A stretch of 63,133 bases of DNA, the filler included, from Basidiobolus meristosporus CBS 931.73 (Eukaryota; Fungi; Basidiobolomycota): NCBI GenBank assembly GCA_002104905.1. It is 3 parts of 3 records of this genome, joined end to end, with 100 filler letters (N's around TTAATTAATTAA, not from the genome) between each part and the next. Parts side by side here need not be neighbours in the genome. Positions count along the whole stretch, not along the records: positions 20,000 to 49,664 come from MCFE01000865.1; 2 more parts are not named here. One strand, written 5' to 3'. Below the pieces are notes generated by a model, which worked only from the letters and a program-made list of their open reading frames with translations, had not been told where the DNA came from and did not search any database. This document shows, piece by piece, positions 34,890 to 48,100 of the stretch (position 1 is the stretch's first letter; the number at the start of each line of letters is the position of its first letter). The position numbers were made by a program, and so were the translations under genes.

Positions 34890-36755
34890 TTAAATACTTC
34901 ATCCCGCCTAAGGATGAATTTTGCATAGGTCCACACAGATCTGAGTGAATTAGATCTAGTTTTTTCTTAGTTTTGATTAACCCAGAGCTCTTTAATGGTT
35001 GTCTGGCTTGTTTCCCATGTATGCAGGCTTCACAGTGCTCCAAATTAGCTGGGGGATCAATTTTCACTCCAGAAATTAGCTGATCTTTGATCATTTTACG
35101 CAAATAATCAAAATTGATGTGCCCAAATCTCCTGTGCCAAAGCCTTGGTGTTTCTTCATTAAGTTACTTATATTGGCTTCCAAATATGATGGAATATAAG
35201 TCAACTTATGTAGATTCTGATCCCTGATGCCCAAAGCAATATGAGCACCATTTTGATCAGTGATCCTGCATCCAGATTGTCAAAACCAAAACTGAGTCCT
35301 TCTGCTGTGGTCTTGCTTGCAAAGAGTAGGTTCTTGGCTATTGCTGGTGTATAGAGTACTTCTTTAAAGGTCAGTGTACATCTTCCTTCACTGCTTCTAA
35401 GGTTTACTTGGATAGTTCCTTCTCCCACTGCATCAAGTGTGCTATTGTCACCCATGAAAACCTTCTTAATTGGAATTTCCTGATATTGGGTAAAAAGTTC
35501 TTTTTGGTGTGTAAAGTGTTGAGAAGCTCCAGAGTCAATTTACCACATCTGAGAATCTTTGTTTGTGGTCATATTTTGTGCAGATATGAATATTCTATCT
35601 TCAGTTGTTGTAGCATTTCCATATTCAGGCTTCTTTTGCTGATAATCTTTCTTTTTGAGACACCAGTCTGATGTGAGTCCTTTCCTTTTGCAGTAGTTGC
35701 AAAACAGGTTGCTGTTGCCTTTGTAGGGTCTTGGGTACCTCCTTTGTTGGCTATAGTTGCTTATTAAAGCATTTTCTTCTTCCTTCTTATTGGCACTTGA
35801 TTTCTTAATTCTTCATCCAGGAGCCTTCCATATACATAATTTAAGGTCAAATCTTCAGTTCTGGACTCTAGGGCTGATACAAGGCCCTGAAACTTGTCTA
35901 TCAGGCTATTCAGGATGGTAACTCTCACATCCTCATCAGTAGTTGATATGCCCATAGATTCCATCTCATCTACCAGCAGGGTAAATTCGTTAATTAGATT
36001 TTTCATTTCTTCTCCAGGCTGCATCTTTGTAGTCAAGAATTTTCATCTCAGATACATTTTCTTGGCAGCTGAGCATGACTGGTAGGTGTATTCTAATGCC
36101 TTCCAGGCATTCTTTGCCATTTTTACTCTTGAGCATTGAATTAGCAATTTGTCCTTGACATTAAGGCAGATGCAGTTAAAGGCACTTTGTTCTTTCTTCT
36201 GGTACCTCAAGGCTTCCTCTCCCATGTTTTTAAGAGGGCAGTCTTCTCCCATGACAATATCCCAATGGCCTTTTTCTTGTAGCAGCATCTTCATCTTCAC
36301 CTTCCACACTTGGTAGTTAGATCCATCCAACATTTTGGCAGAGGGAAAAATTCCAGTAATAGCAGTAGTAGACATTGCAGAGAGTGACAGCTTGGGGCTC
36401 ATAACCTGTTGTAAGAGTCTTGGAGTTATTGGAAGTGATTGGGAGAACAAGTAGATTATGTGGTTCTCTCTTAATGATATATTGAATGTAAAAGTAGTAT
36501 TTATACTTTTACCTGATCTTGGCATTACAAACACGTAGAATAGGTTAACAAAGGTCCCAAGAACATGTGTGCAAAGTTTGGGGCCATTTGGACAACGTTG
36601 AGAATTTTCATGTTCTGGGTACCTGGTATTTTGGTGAGAATATTCTAAGTAAATCCCAACAAGGAATTTGTTCAGTATTCTCTAGGATTTGAGGGTAATG
36701 ATCTAAGTGACTAAGTTAGGTGAATATTTAGGTGGAATTTCAAATTTTTACAACA
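34890..36755 (-). mobile_element. 5' half of a Copia-1 copy with 5' LTR (36,407-36,755), PBS and gag-PR-IN start
   Basis: Reverse-complement match to 1099-4215 without the solo-LTR insert. PBS at 36,395-36,406. Confidence 0.93.
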
Positions 36756-38010
36756 GTAAATACATGTTGGTTCATCTGAATTAAAGCCCAAGTCTTGAAT
36801 AGCACTGTAGCCATATAGCCTCCTTAATTGCTTGACAAGTGCCCATATATTCAGCTTCAGTTGTAGATAGGGCCACGGTTGGTTGTTTCTTGCAATTCCA
36901 AGTAATAGCTGCACCAGCACAAAGAAATACAATAGTAGAGCTTCTGTCAATCAGATCCCTACCCTAATCTGAATCACCAGAACCATTGCATGTTTGTCTA
37001 TTAGCAGCTCCAGAGTATTTCAGTACCATTTTGATGGTGACTTGTAGATATCTGAAGATTTGCTTAACTATTATAATTTAATCTAATCCGTAGTTTTGCA
37101 TGAATTGACTGACTTTTCCAACTGACACTGCAAAATCTGGACATGTAGACACCATCAGGTACATCAGGCAAAAATTGCTATTTGATAGGGAAGATTATGG
37201 TCCATATTTGAGCTGTTTTCACCTAAAGCTGACTGAGTTTGCTAAACTTCAGATTATTTTCCATAGGGGTAGCTGCAGGTCTGCAATTGTCTGTTTTGAA
37301 GCATCTAAGAATTTCCCTGATGTACTTAGACTGAGTTGGTACAGTCTTCTGAGTAGGTAAGTCAGATTTGACTTCAATTCCAAGTAGATAGCTAAATTTT
37401 CCATGATCTTTCATCTCAAACTTGCAGCAGAAATCTGATTTTTTCTGTACAAGTGCCTCAGGATCACTTCTAGCTATTAGTAGGTTGTGCACATACAGAA
37501 CCACAATGATCACATCTTTTTGAGCTGCTTCACATATATACTGTGATCTACAGTGCTGCAAATGAACCCAATCTTCTCCAGATATGTATTAATCTGGTTA
37601 TACTATGCTCCAGGTGCCTGCTTAGGCCCTTGAGACATTTTCCTGAGTCTGCATGCCTTATGGGGGCCTTTTAGATTGGTAAAACTATCTGGTTGCTCCA
37701 TATATATATAATTTCCTGTAAATCCCCATCTCAAGGGCTGTTGTGTGATCCATTTGGTAAAGATCTAGAATATGTACAGCTGCCAGGGCAAGAGCTGCCC
37801 AAATGGAGCTAAACTTAGCAACTGGAGCAAATGTTTGCTTAAAGTCTAGTCCCTGGATTTGGGAATAGTCTTTAACCACCAATCTAGCCTTGTACTTATC
37901 AAACATACTATTTGAGGTTATCTTGATCTTGTGGACCCATCTACATCTGATTTGTTTTCTCCCACTTGGTAAATATACCAGCTCCAACATTTTTGCCTTG
38001 CCCAGTGATT
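36756..38010 (-). mobile_element. Old decayed Copia-2 RT/RNase H fragment
   Basis: Colinear with 38,800-39,730. Retains the APVAKF...YQMD segment that is deleted in the younger copy. Confidence 0.8.
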
Positions 38011-38216
38011 TGTAATGATGTACTGCTTGATTATTTGAGTTAGATCAGTTTTTAGTCCAAATAATTAGTTACATATTGAGCCTATCAGTATAGTAGTGTT
38101 AACTATCAAATCAGCAGCATTATTTAGCAAATGAATCAGCAGATCCCAATCAGACAGAAATAGATATATTTAGTAGAATCTCATTGTGTGATGATTATGT
38201 AATCAAATGAGTCATC

Positions 38217-41200
38217 TGTTGCAATTTAAGAAGTGATTTGGATATAAGGAGCTTAGGAAGAAATAGTGATAATAGTTGAACTGTTGTTTATTAATAAAGA
38301 AGCTCAGTATTTATACCCTTGTAGAAGTAATACAGCTGTAACACTAAGTAAGGAGGGTTTCTCAATATTCAAGAGCATTCCGTAACAGTTTAGGGCTAGT
38401 ACATAATGTTTGGTAATAGGGCTCATTTGATCCTGACTATAGGGGAATAATCACAAGATCATATGTCGGGAGAAAGTGCAAAGTTAGAGCTGTAAATTAG
38501 TCCCACAGTGACAAAGACTAGTCCAGAATTGTTAAGTAAATTTTAGCTGCAGAATGATACCAAATAGTCCAATATTTCAACACTCCCCCTCAACTAAATA
38601 ATTTCTTAATCCTAATTCCTCTCTGATATTCTCAAATTGTGGCCTAGCTAGTGGTTTTGTCAATATATCTGCCACCATTTTAATAGTTGGGCAGTACACT
38701 AACTCTACTAAGTTATTTTCTACAGCTTTCCTCACAAAGTTATGCTGTATATCAATGTGCTTAGTTCTGGCATGATTAGTAAGATTTCTAGCTAATGATA
38801 TACAATTTTGATTATCCTTGTAAATAGATGTTGGTTCATCTGAAATAAAACCTAAGTCTTTGAATAATTTTGTAGCCATATAGCCTGCTTAGTTGCTTGA
38901 CATGCAGCCATATATTTGGCTTCAGTTGTAGATAGGGCCACAGTTGGTTGTTTCTTGCAATTCCAAGTAATAGCTGTACCAGCATAAAGAAATACATAGC
39001 CTGTGGTAGAGTGTCTGTCAATCAGATCCCTACCCCAATCTGAATCACTATAACCATCAAATATTTGCCTATTGGCTGCTCCAGAGTATTCCAGTACCAT
39101 TTTGATGGTGACTTGTAGATATCTGAAGATTGGCTTAACTATTATAATTTGATCTAATCCGTAGTTTTGCATGAATTGACTGACTTTTCCAACTGGCACT
39201 GTAATATCTGGACGTGAAGACACCATCAAGTACATTAGGCTACCAACTATTGATTGATAGGGAAAGTTTTGGTCCTTATTTGAGCCATTTTCATCTATAA
39301 TAGGCTGAGATTTGCTTAATTTCAGGTTATTGTCCATAGGGGTAGCTGCAGGTTTGCAATTTTCCATTTTGAAGCGTCTAAGAATGTCCCAGATGTACTT
39401 AGTCTGATTCAGCACAATTTTCTGCATAAGTATGTCAAATTTGACCTCAATTCCAAGAAAATAGCTCAATTTTCCAAGACTTTTCATCTCAAACTTGCTG
39501 AAGAGATCTGATTTTGCCTGTATAAGTGCCTCTTGGTCACCTAAATGTTTGCTTAAAGTCTAGTCCCTGGATCTGGGAATAGCCTTTAGCTACCAATCTA
39601 GCCTTGTACTTATCAACAGCACCATTTGAGGTTATCTTGATCTTGTAGACCCATCTACATCCTATTAGCTTTGTCCCATTTGGTAAATCTATCAGTTGCC
39701 ACGTTTTTGCCTTGATCAGTGATTGGTACTCCTCCTGCATGGCTTGTTGCCACTTAGTAGCATCTGGACTTTGCATTGCCTGTTCCAGATTCTCAGGTTT
39801 GGCACATAAGGCAATATTAGCTTCTTCATGATCATTGGATGTCTGCCACTAGGATCCAGGGGCATTTCTTACTCTGATAGATCTCCTAACTGGGATAATC
39901 TGTTCTGATCTGGAACTGGTAGAAGTATCTTCTGCATCTGGCTGGATTTGGCACGTATCTTCTTCATTAGTGTTGATTGCATCATCAGGCAGCTGGCCAA
40001 TGATTTCTGTGGCTTTCTGATCTGAATTCTCCTCAAATAAAATGTCTCTGCTCTTGATCAGCTTGTGAATTTTGTCATCATACACTCTTTACCCTTTAGT
40101 ATCTTCACAATACCCAAGAGATATCCCTTTCCTACTCTTTGGTTCCAACTTTGAGCATTTATTGTCAGGGATGTTATAAAAAACATTACTGCCAAAAATC
40201 TTGAGGTGCTGGAGATCTAGTTTTTTGCCTGTATATGCTGCAAAGGGTATAGAATTGTGTAGTGCTGTTGTTAGGCATCTCTTCTTGATGTATACAGCGG
40301 TAGCAACAGATTCAACTCAAAGCTTGTAGTCCATTCCCTTATCATGTAGTGTAGATCTTCCCATCTATACTATTTTTCAATTTGACGTTCTGCTACTCCA
40401 TTTTGCTGTGAGTATGAGGAACTGTGGACTGTTGAAGTGTACCAGTAGATGAGCAGTATTTTGCAAACTCCTTTGAGCAGTATTCTCCTCCATTGTCACT
40501 TTGTAGTACCTTCAACTTACACCCAATTTGTGTTTCTGCCATGTTCTTGAAGCTCTCAAACGTCTCTAAAGCTTCATCCTTTGTTTTGAGGAAGTACCCC
40601 CATGTATATCTTGTTTTGTCATCAATAAACATCATAAAGTATCTTTTGGCTCCAAAGGACAGTGTTCTCATGGGGCCACATATGTCTGAGTGTACAATAG
40701 CCAATAATTTGATGGTATTGATGCCTTCTGAGCTCTTGAACCGTTGCCAACTTGTTTGCCATATGAACATCCCTTATAAACATTCAATTTGATTGCAATT
40801 GAATATTTTATGCCCAAAACAAGCGGATTTTTGACCAATTGGCTCATTTTCTGTTCCCCAATGTGTCCTAGCCTCCTATGCCATGTCTCCCAGTTGGTTT
40901 CATCAGTTTCAGCAATGTTGACATATTCAGGTACAATGATCTTGCATTGTAACTTGTATATATTGTGATCTCTGATTCCCCAAGATAATTTCTGTCCATT
41001 CTCACTCAATATTGAGCAGCTCATCTTATTAAAAACAAATTTCAGTCCCTGAGCAGTTGCTTTACTGACTGAGAGTAAGTTCTTGGCTATTTCAGGTACA
41101 TAGAGTATGTCAGTGAGTCTTGCTGTAGTTGCCCCTGAGCTATTGCTCATATTTAGTTGTATAGACCCACTTGCCAAAGCTTCCAGAGCAGAGTTATCTC

Positions 41201-42535
41201 CCAGATAGACCTTTCTTACAGGAATAGTTTTTAAGTTGCTGAACCACTCCTTTATACCACAAATATGCTGTGAGGTTCCAGAGTCAATATACCATTCATT
41301 ACTTTGGTTACCTGCACTCTCTTGTACGGTTACAAATAACTGCTCATCAGTAGTTGTATGGTTTGCCTGCTCTGGTTTCTGTTTTTTGTCTGCTTGTTTC
41401 TTCTTGCATTCTCTTGCCCAGTGTCCTGGCTTTTTATAATAGTTGCAGCAACCAGGTTTTCTTTGGTTTTGTTGTTTTCCCTTCTTTTGTGAGTGCCTTT
41501 CTGAGCTGAATAGAGCATTATCTTCAATTTTCTCTGCTTGATCATTACGACTGAGTTCTTCATGGAGAAGTCTTCCTTTGACATAGTCTAAAGTCAAGTT
41601 GTCTTCTCTGCTTTCAAAAGAAAGTATGAGTGGCTCATACTTGTCTGGTAGGCTGCAAAGCAGACAGAGTATCTTTTCTTCATCATCTACACCAGCATTA
41701 ATACTGTAAAGTTCTTCTGCAAGTGTCTCCATTTTGGTAATGAGTTGTAGCATGTGTTCATCTGGCTTCTTCCCCATGTTGAGGAACTTTTGTTTCAAAT
41801 AAAGCTTGCTTGATACTGACTTTGCCCTAATGATCTTCTCTAAAGATTCCCAAGCTGCTTTTGCAGTATTTGAGGCATGGATTTGTCCAATGAAGTAATC
41901 TTGCACATTGATACATATGGCATTAAAGGTCTTTCTCTCCTTCTCCTGAAACTTCTCCACTTCTTCTGCTGTTCCTTTGGGCTCAACTTCTTTTGCTGTT
42001 ACTATAGTCCAAAGCTTCCTTTCCTCAAGGTGGATCTGCATCTTGATTCTCCAAAGTCTGTAGTTCTTTCCATCAAACCTCTCCTTTACAGGGAAGATGT
42101 TTGTGTTGTTCTGTTTGCTGGGAAAAGTCATCTTTAGAATAGATTAAGGCAATTGGGGCTCATAACCTGTTGCAATTTAAGAAGTGATTTGGATATAAGG
42201 AGCTTATCAAGAAATAGTGATAATAGTTGAATTGTTGTTTATTAATAAAGAAGCTCAGTATTTATACCTTTGTAGGATTAATACAGCTGCAACACTAAGT
42301 AAGGAGGGTTTCTCAGTATTCAGGAGCATTCTGTAACAGTTTCAGGGTTAGCACATAATGTTTGGTAATAGTGCTAATTTGATTCTGACTATAGGGGAAT
42401 AATCACAAGATCATATGTCTGGAGAAAGTGCAAAGTTAGAGCTGTAAATTAGTCCCACAGTGACCAAGACTAGTCCAGAATTGTTAAGTAAATTTTCAGC
42501 TGCCGACTGATACCAAATAGTACACTATTTCATCA
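38217..42535 (-). mobile_element. Ty1/Copia family Copia-2, complete termini, deletion in RT
   Basis: LTRs 42,168-42,535 (5') and 38,217-38,582 (3'), perfect TSD TCATC, PBS GGTTATGAGCCCC, PPT TGAGGGGGAG. WYIDSG, HSDICGP and YSDSDW motifs. Confidence 0.95.
38577..42131 (-). pseudogene. Copia-2 gag-pol, frameshifted
   Basis: ORF pieces 40,668-42,131 (gag-PR), 40,393-40,770 (IN), 39,537-39,776 and 38,852-39,487 (RT), 38,577-38,879 (RH). Confidence 0.9.
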
Positions 42536-43486
42536 TCATCAGCCACAACTTAGTTAGGAAAGACAATGAGTCAGCAATTGATCAGGCAAAAGGAGCTGCT
42601 GGAACCTTAATAACAATCTGTTCAAGTTTAGCAAATACAATACTAGCCTTACTCAAGTATACATTTACTCAGACAGTACTCTTTAGAAGAATGGCAAGAT
42701 GGAGTGAATACATTCAGCAATTTGATTTGAAGATTGTCTACAGCCCTGTAAAAACAACAGGGTTACCAGTGCCTTATCAAGATTAGAACAAGTTGCACAA
42801 CCCAACTTGGTGTATGAATCAGATCGGCCTAGCCTATAACCAAAGTACTTGGAGGACCAAGTCACTCCTAATGAGGTGAATGAGGAGATTAAGAAGCTAA
42901 TCCAAGATGAAGCCAGCAAATTTGTGGTTCAGGATGAAACACACTACCAAATTATTGATTGAAGCCCAATTGCCTATTGTCCTTATATTGCATGCCTGGG
43001 TTTAAAACATAAGCTTCATAATGAATATGAACATCTTGCAATTGAAGGAATCTACAGCCATGTGAAAGCCAGAGCATGGTGGCCTAGAATGAAACAAGAC
43101 ACTAAGAGGCTAGTGAAAACATGCCCAAATTGCCAAATAAACCAAGGCCAACCACTGAAAATTGCCACACTCTTTCCCTTGGAGGCTGTACAAATATTTG
43201 AAAGCTGAGGAATTGACTTTATTGGAAGACTCCCAACCACCAGGAAATGCAACCATTGGATCCTAATAGCAATTGACCAAGCCACTAAATGGTCCATGGC
43301 TAAAGCAGTATATGTTGCCAGTGAGCAAGAAGTTGCAAGTTTCATCTACTAGGATATCCACATGCATTTTAGATGCCCTGAAGAGATTTTATCTGATAGA
43401 GGAGCAAACCTTATGGCAAAGATATTGGAAGCTTACCTGGAAATGCAGAGGATCAAACACTTGAGAACCTTAGCATATCATCTTGG

Positions 43487-45170
43487 TGTTACAAGTCTTG
43501 GTATAAGAGTTATAGAGGAATAGGGAGCTTAGCTAGTATTGTATTCATTTAAACTTGACCTGATCTTCATTGAGGTTTCAGCAGCTCCTTATATACATTT
43601 TGCCAGATCAATTGCTGACTAATTGTACTTCCTAATGCAGGCTGTGGCTGATGGCTCATTTGATTGTATCATCATCACTCAATTAGAATCTACTTAATAA
43701 ATATATTTCTGTCTAATAAGTATCTGCTGATTAATTTGTGAACAATGCTACTGATTTGAGAGATAATACTGATGTACTTATAAGCTAGGCATATAACTAT
43801 TAATTTGACTAAAAACTGATCTAACTTCACTATTTAAGCAGCAGATCAAAACATTCTCCCCTACTAAAGTTGGGAGGGTTCTCCTGAATCTCTTATCTTG
43901 TGATACCAATATCTTGATGGTTCAGTATTATCAGTAAGTCTTGCAAGCTTGAGTCTGTTGCTATGCACCAAGTCTTCCCAATATTTCCTTGTTTGCCACT
44001 AGTTGGTAAGTTGCAAATGCATATTCTCTGATAATCTTGAATGGTCCTGTCCATTATAGCTCAAACTTCTTCCAAGTGTTGTTTCTTAGCAATACAAAGT
44101 TCCCAACTGTCAATGCTTCTGGTGCTATAGTCTTATCAAATCTCTGCTTCATCTTTTCTGCACTTTGAGATACTTAGGTCTGTGCCACTTGACGTCTTTG
44201 CTCCAGTTGCTGGCGTCTACTTGGCTGACTGAGTTCATCTTCTAAGGTGTCTGTAAGCTTTGGTTGTGTGAGATCTCCTGGAATCCTTGGTTCACATCCA
44301 TACACTAAATAAAATGGTGATTATTGGGTGGTGTTGTGTACTCTGACTCTGCATGCAAAGAGTGCTTGGTCTATATACTCATCCCATCTACTGACAACTC
44401 CATTTGCATACTTGGTCAGCATTTTCCAAATAATCCATTAAACCATTCAGTGACTCCATTGGTTCTGGAGTGATATGCCAAGGTTTTCAGGTGTTTGATA
44501 TGCTGCATTTTCAGATAAGCTTCCAATGTCTTTGCCATAAAGTTTGCATCTCTATTGGATAGAATCTCTGCAGGACATCCAAACTTCACAAGGATCTTAT
44601 GGTACATCAAACTTGCAACTTCTTGTTCACTGGCTATAGGTACAGCTTTAGCCACTAACCATTTAGTGGCATGGTCAATTGCTACTAGCATCCAACAGTT
44701 GCATTTCCTGGTAGTTGGCAGTCTTCCAATAAAGTCAATTCCCCATCTTTCAAATGATCCTACAGGCTCCAATGGAAAGAGTTCAGTAATTCTCTGTGGT
44801 TGGCCTTGGTTGATTTGGCAATTTGGGCATGTTTTCACTAGCTTCTCAAAGTCATGTTTCATTCTGGGTCACCATGCTCTGGCTTTCACAAGGTTATGGA
44901 TGTATTAACTCCATCTGGTCATTCTTCTAGAGAGTACCTTCTGAGTAAATATATACTTGAGGGAGCCATGATCAGTTTTCACAGTGCATTTGACTCCCTC
45001 AATATAGCATCTCCATGTCTTCAATCAGCGTATTATAGCAAGCATCTCCTTCTCATACATTGGATAGTCTTGTTCTGCTGAGTTCAGTTCTTGGATTCAA
45101 AGGCCACAGGGTAGTCCTTTCCCTCATGTTCTTGGTTCAACACTCCATCAATGTGACTAATTGGTCATTA
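43487..45170 (-). mobile_element. Older Gypsy copy: 3' LTR (43,487-43,853) plus integrase/RNase H remnant
   Basis: Colinear with 45,171-47,190, with a deletion near 44,895. Confidence 0.88.
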
Positions 45171-48100
45171 TGTTACAAGTCTTGGTATAAGAGTTGTATA
45201 GAGTAGGGAGTTTAGCTAGTATTGTATTCACGAAAACTTGAACTGATTTTCATTGAGACTTCAGCAGCTCCTTATATGCATTTTGCCAGATCAATTGCTG
45301 ACTAATTGTATTTCCTAATGTATGTTGTGGCTGATGACTCATTTGATTGCATCATCATCACCCAAAAAGATCCTACTTAATATATCTATTTCTGTCTGAT
45401 AAGGATCTGCTGATTCATTTGCTGACTAATGCTACAGATTTCATAGATAATACTGATATACTGATAACCTAAGTATATACTCATTGATTTGACTAAAAAC
45501 TGATCTAACTTAAACATTCAAGTGGCAGATCATAACATTCTCCCCTACCAAAGCTGAGAGGGTTCTCCTAATCTCTTTTCTTGTGATACCAATATCTTGA
45601 TGGTTCAGTATTATCAGCAAGTCTTGCAAGCTTGAGTCTGTCCCTATGCACTAAGTCTTCCCGGATATTGCCTTGTTTGTCCACCAGTTGGTAAGTTGCA
45701 AATGGACATTCTCTGATGATCTTGAATGGTCCTGTCCATTGTGGCTCAAACTTCTTCCAAGTGTTGTTTCTTAGCAATACAAAGTTCCCAACTGTCAATG
45801 CTTCTGGTGCTATAGTCTTATCAAATCTCTGCTTCATCTTTTCTGCACTTTGAGATACTTAGGTCTGTGCCTCTTGACGTCTTTGTTCCAGTTGCTGGTG
45901 TCTACTTGGCAGACTGAGTTCATCTTCTAAGGTGTCTGTAAGCTTTGGTTGTGTGAGTTCTCCTGGAATCCTAGGTTCACATCCATACACTAAGTAAAAT
46001 GGTGATTGCTGGGTGGTGTTGTGTACTCTGACTCTGCACGCAAAGAGTGCTTGGTCTATATACTCATCCCATCTACTGACAACTCCATTTGCATACTTGG
46101 TGAGCATTTTTCCAAACAATCCATTAAACCGCTCAGTGACTCCATTAGTTCTGGGGTGATATGCTGAGGTTTTCAAGTGTCTGATCTGCTGCATTTCCAG
46201 GTAAGCCTCTAATGTCTTTGCCATAAAGTTTGCTCCTCTATCAGATAAGATCTCCACAGGGCATCCAAACTTCATCAGGATCTCATGGTAAATGAAACTT
46301 GCAACTTCTTGTTCACTGGCTATTGGTACAGCTTTAGCAACTGGCCATTTAGTGGCATGGTCAATTGCTACTAGGATCCAACGGTTGCATTTCCTGGTAG
46401 TTGGCAGTCTTCCAATAAAGTCAATTCCCCATCTCTCAAATGGTCTTACAGGCTCCAAAGGGAAGAGTTCAGCAATTCTTTGTGGCTGGCCTTGATTGAT
46501 TTGGCAGTTTGGGCATGTTTTCACTAGCTTCTCAATATCTTGTTTCATTCTGGGCCACCATGCTCTGGCTTTCACAAGGCTATAGGTTCCTTCAATCCCA
46601 AGATGTCCATATCCATTGTGCAGCTTATGTATTAAATCCAGGCGAGAAACATAAGGGCAATAGGCAATAGGGCTTCCATCAACAATTTGGTAGAGTGTTT
46701 CATCCTGTACTACAAATTTGCTGGCTTCATCATGAATTATCTTCTTAATATCTTCATCCACCTCATTAGGAATGGCTTGGTCCTCCTAGTACCTTGGTAA
46801 TAGGCTAGGCCAATCTGATTCATGCACCAAGTTGAGTTGTGCAACTTGATCTAATCTAGATATGGCATCAGCAACCTTGTTGTTTTTTCCAGCACAGTAG
46901 ACAATCTCCAGGACAAGTTGCTGAATGTATTCACTCCATCTTGTCATTCTTCTAGAGAGTACCTTCTAAGTAAATATATACTTGAGGGAGGCACAATCAG
47001 TCTTCACAGTGCATTTGACTCCTGTAATATAGCATCTCCATGTCTTCAATTAGTGTATTATAGCAAGCATCTCCTTCTCATGGACTGGATAGTTTTGTTC
47101 TGCTGAGTTCAGTTTCTTGGATTCAAAGGCAACAGGGTAGTCCTTTCCCTCATGTTCTTGGCTCAGCACTCCACCAATTGCATAATCTGAAGCATCTGTG
47201 CACAGAGTGAACTCTTTTCTGAAGTTTGGTATTCTTAAGCTTGGCAGCTTAGCAAGTTCATTCTTGAGCGTCTGGAAGGCAGTCTCACAAGCTATGTCCC
47301 ACTTGTAGGTATTGTCTTTCTTGAGGATATCAGCGAAAGGGGCTGTAATACTTGCAAAAGACTTGACAAATCTCCGATAATAGGAAACCATTACAAGGAA
47401 TGATCTGAGTTCTGATATGCTATGGGGCTGCTTCAAATTCTTGATAACTTCAACCTTCTTAGGGTCTAAGGTCACTCCTGTGCTAGTCACTATGTGTCCC
47501 AGGTATTCAACGTGTTCCTTGAAGAATTCACACTTGGCTAGCTTGCCATATAGCTTGTTCTCTCTTAGTTTCTTCAAGACCTTTTCAATGTGCACCATGT
47601 GATCCTTTTCTGTCTTGCTGTATATTAATATGTCATCCAGGTAGATTATCACAAACTTGTCTAAGTACTCCTGAAAGACAGTCTGCATCAGCGTCATGAA
47701 TGTTGCAGGGGCATTAGTGAGGCCAAAACTCATGACTAAGTACTTGTAATGTCCATATCTGGTCCTGAATGCTGTCTTAGGGATATCTTCTGGTTTCACC
47801 CTAATCTGGTTGTATCCTGACATGAGGTCAATCTTGCTGAAAATAGTGGCTCCATTAAGTTGGTCCAAAAGCTCATCAATCCAAGGTATGGGGTACCTAT
47901 TTTTCACGGTAACCAAGTTGTGGGCGCTGTAGTCAATGCACATCCTAAGTGTTCCATCCTTCTTTTTCACAAAAAGCACTGGTACTCCCCAGGGTGACTT
48001 GCTGGGCCTGATGTATCCTTGCTCCAATAGCTGATCAATTTGTCTCTTCATTTCCTCCAATTCCAATGGACTCATTCTGTAAGGTGTCTTGCTCACTGGA

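Larger units (their letters stand above)
38011..43486 (+). mobile_element. Internally deleted Ty3/Gypsy copy (plus strand): split LTR plus RNase H/integrase remnant
   Basis: LTR halves 38,011-38,216 and 42,541 to about 42,650 are the reverse complement of 45,171-45,537. 42,650-43,486 matches the reverse complement of 46,150-46,985. Confidence 0.8.

Noticed and set aside
45568-45837. Chromodomain at the Gypsy integrase C-terminus
   Set aside because: The tail has the GPF/SH3-like pattern (WTGPFKII...YQL...VHRDRLK) and ends without chromodomain aromatic-cage motifs.
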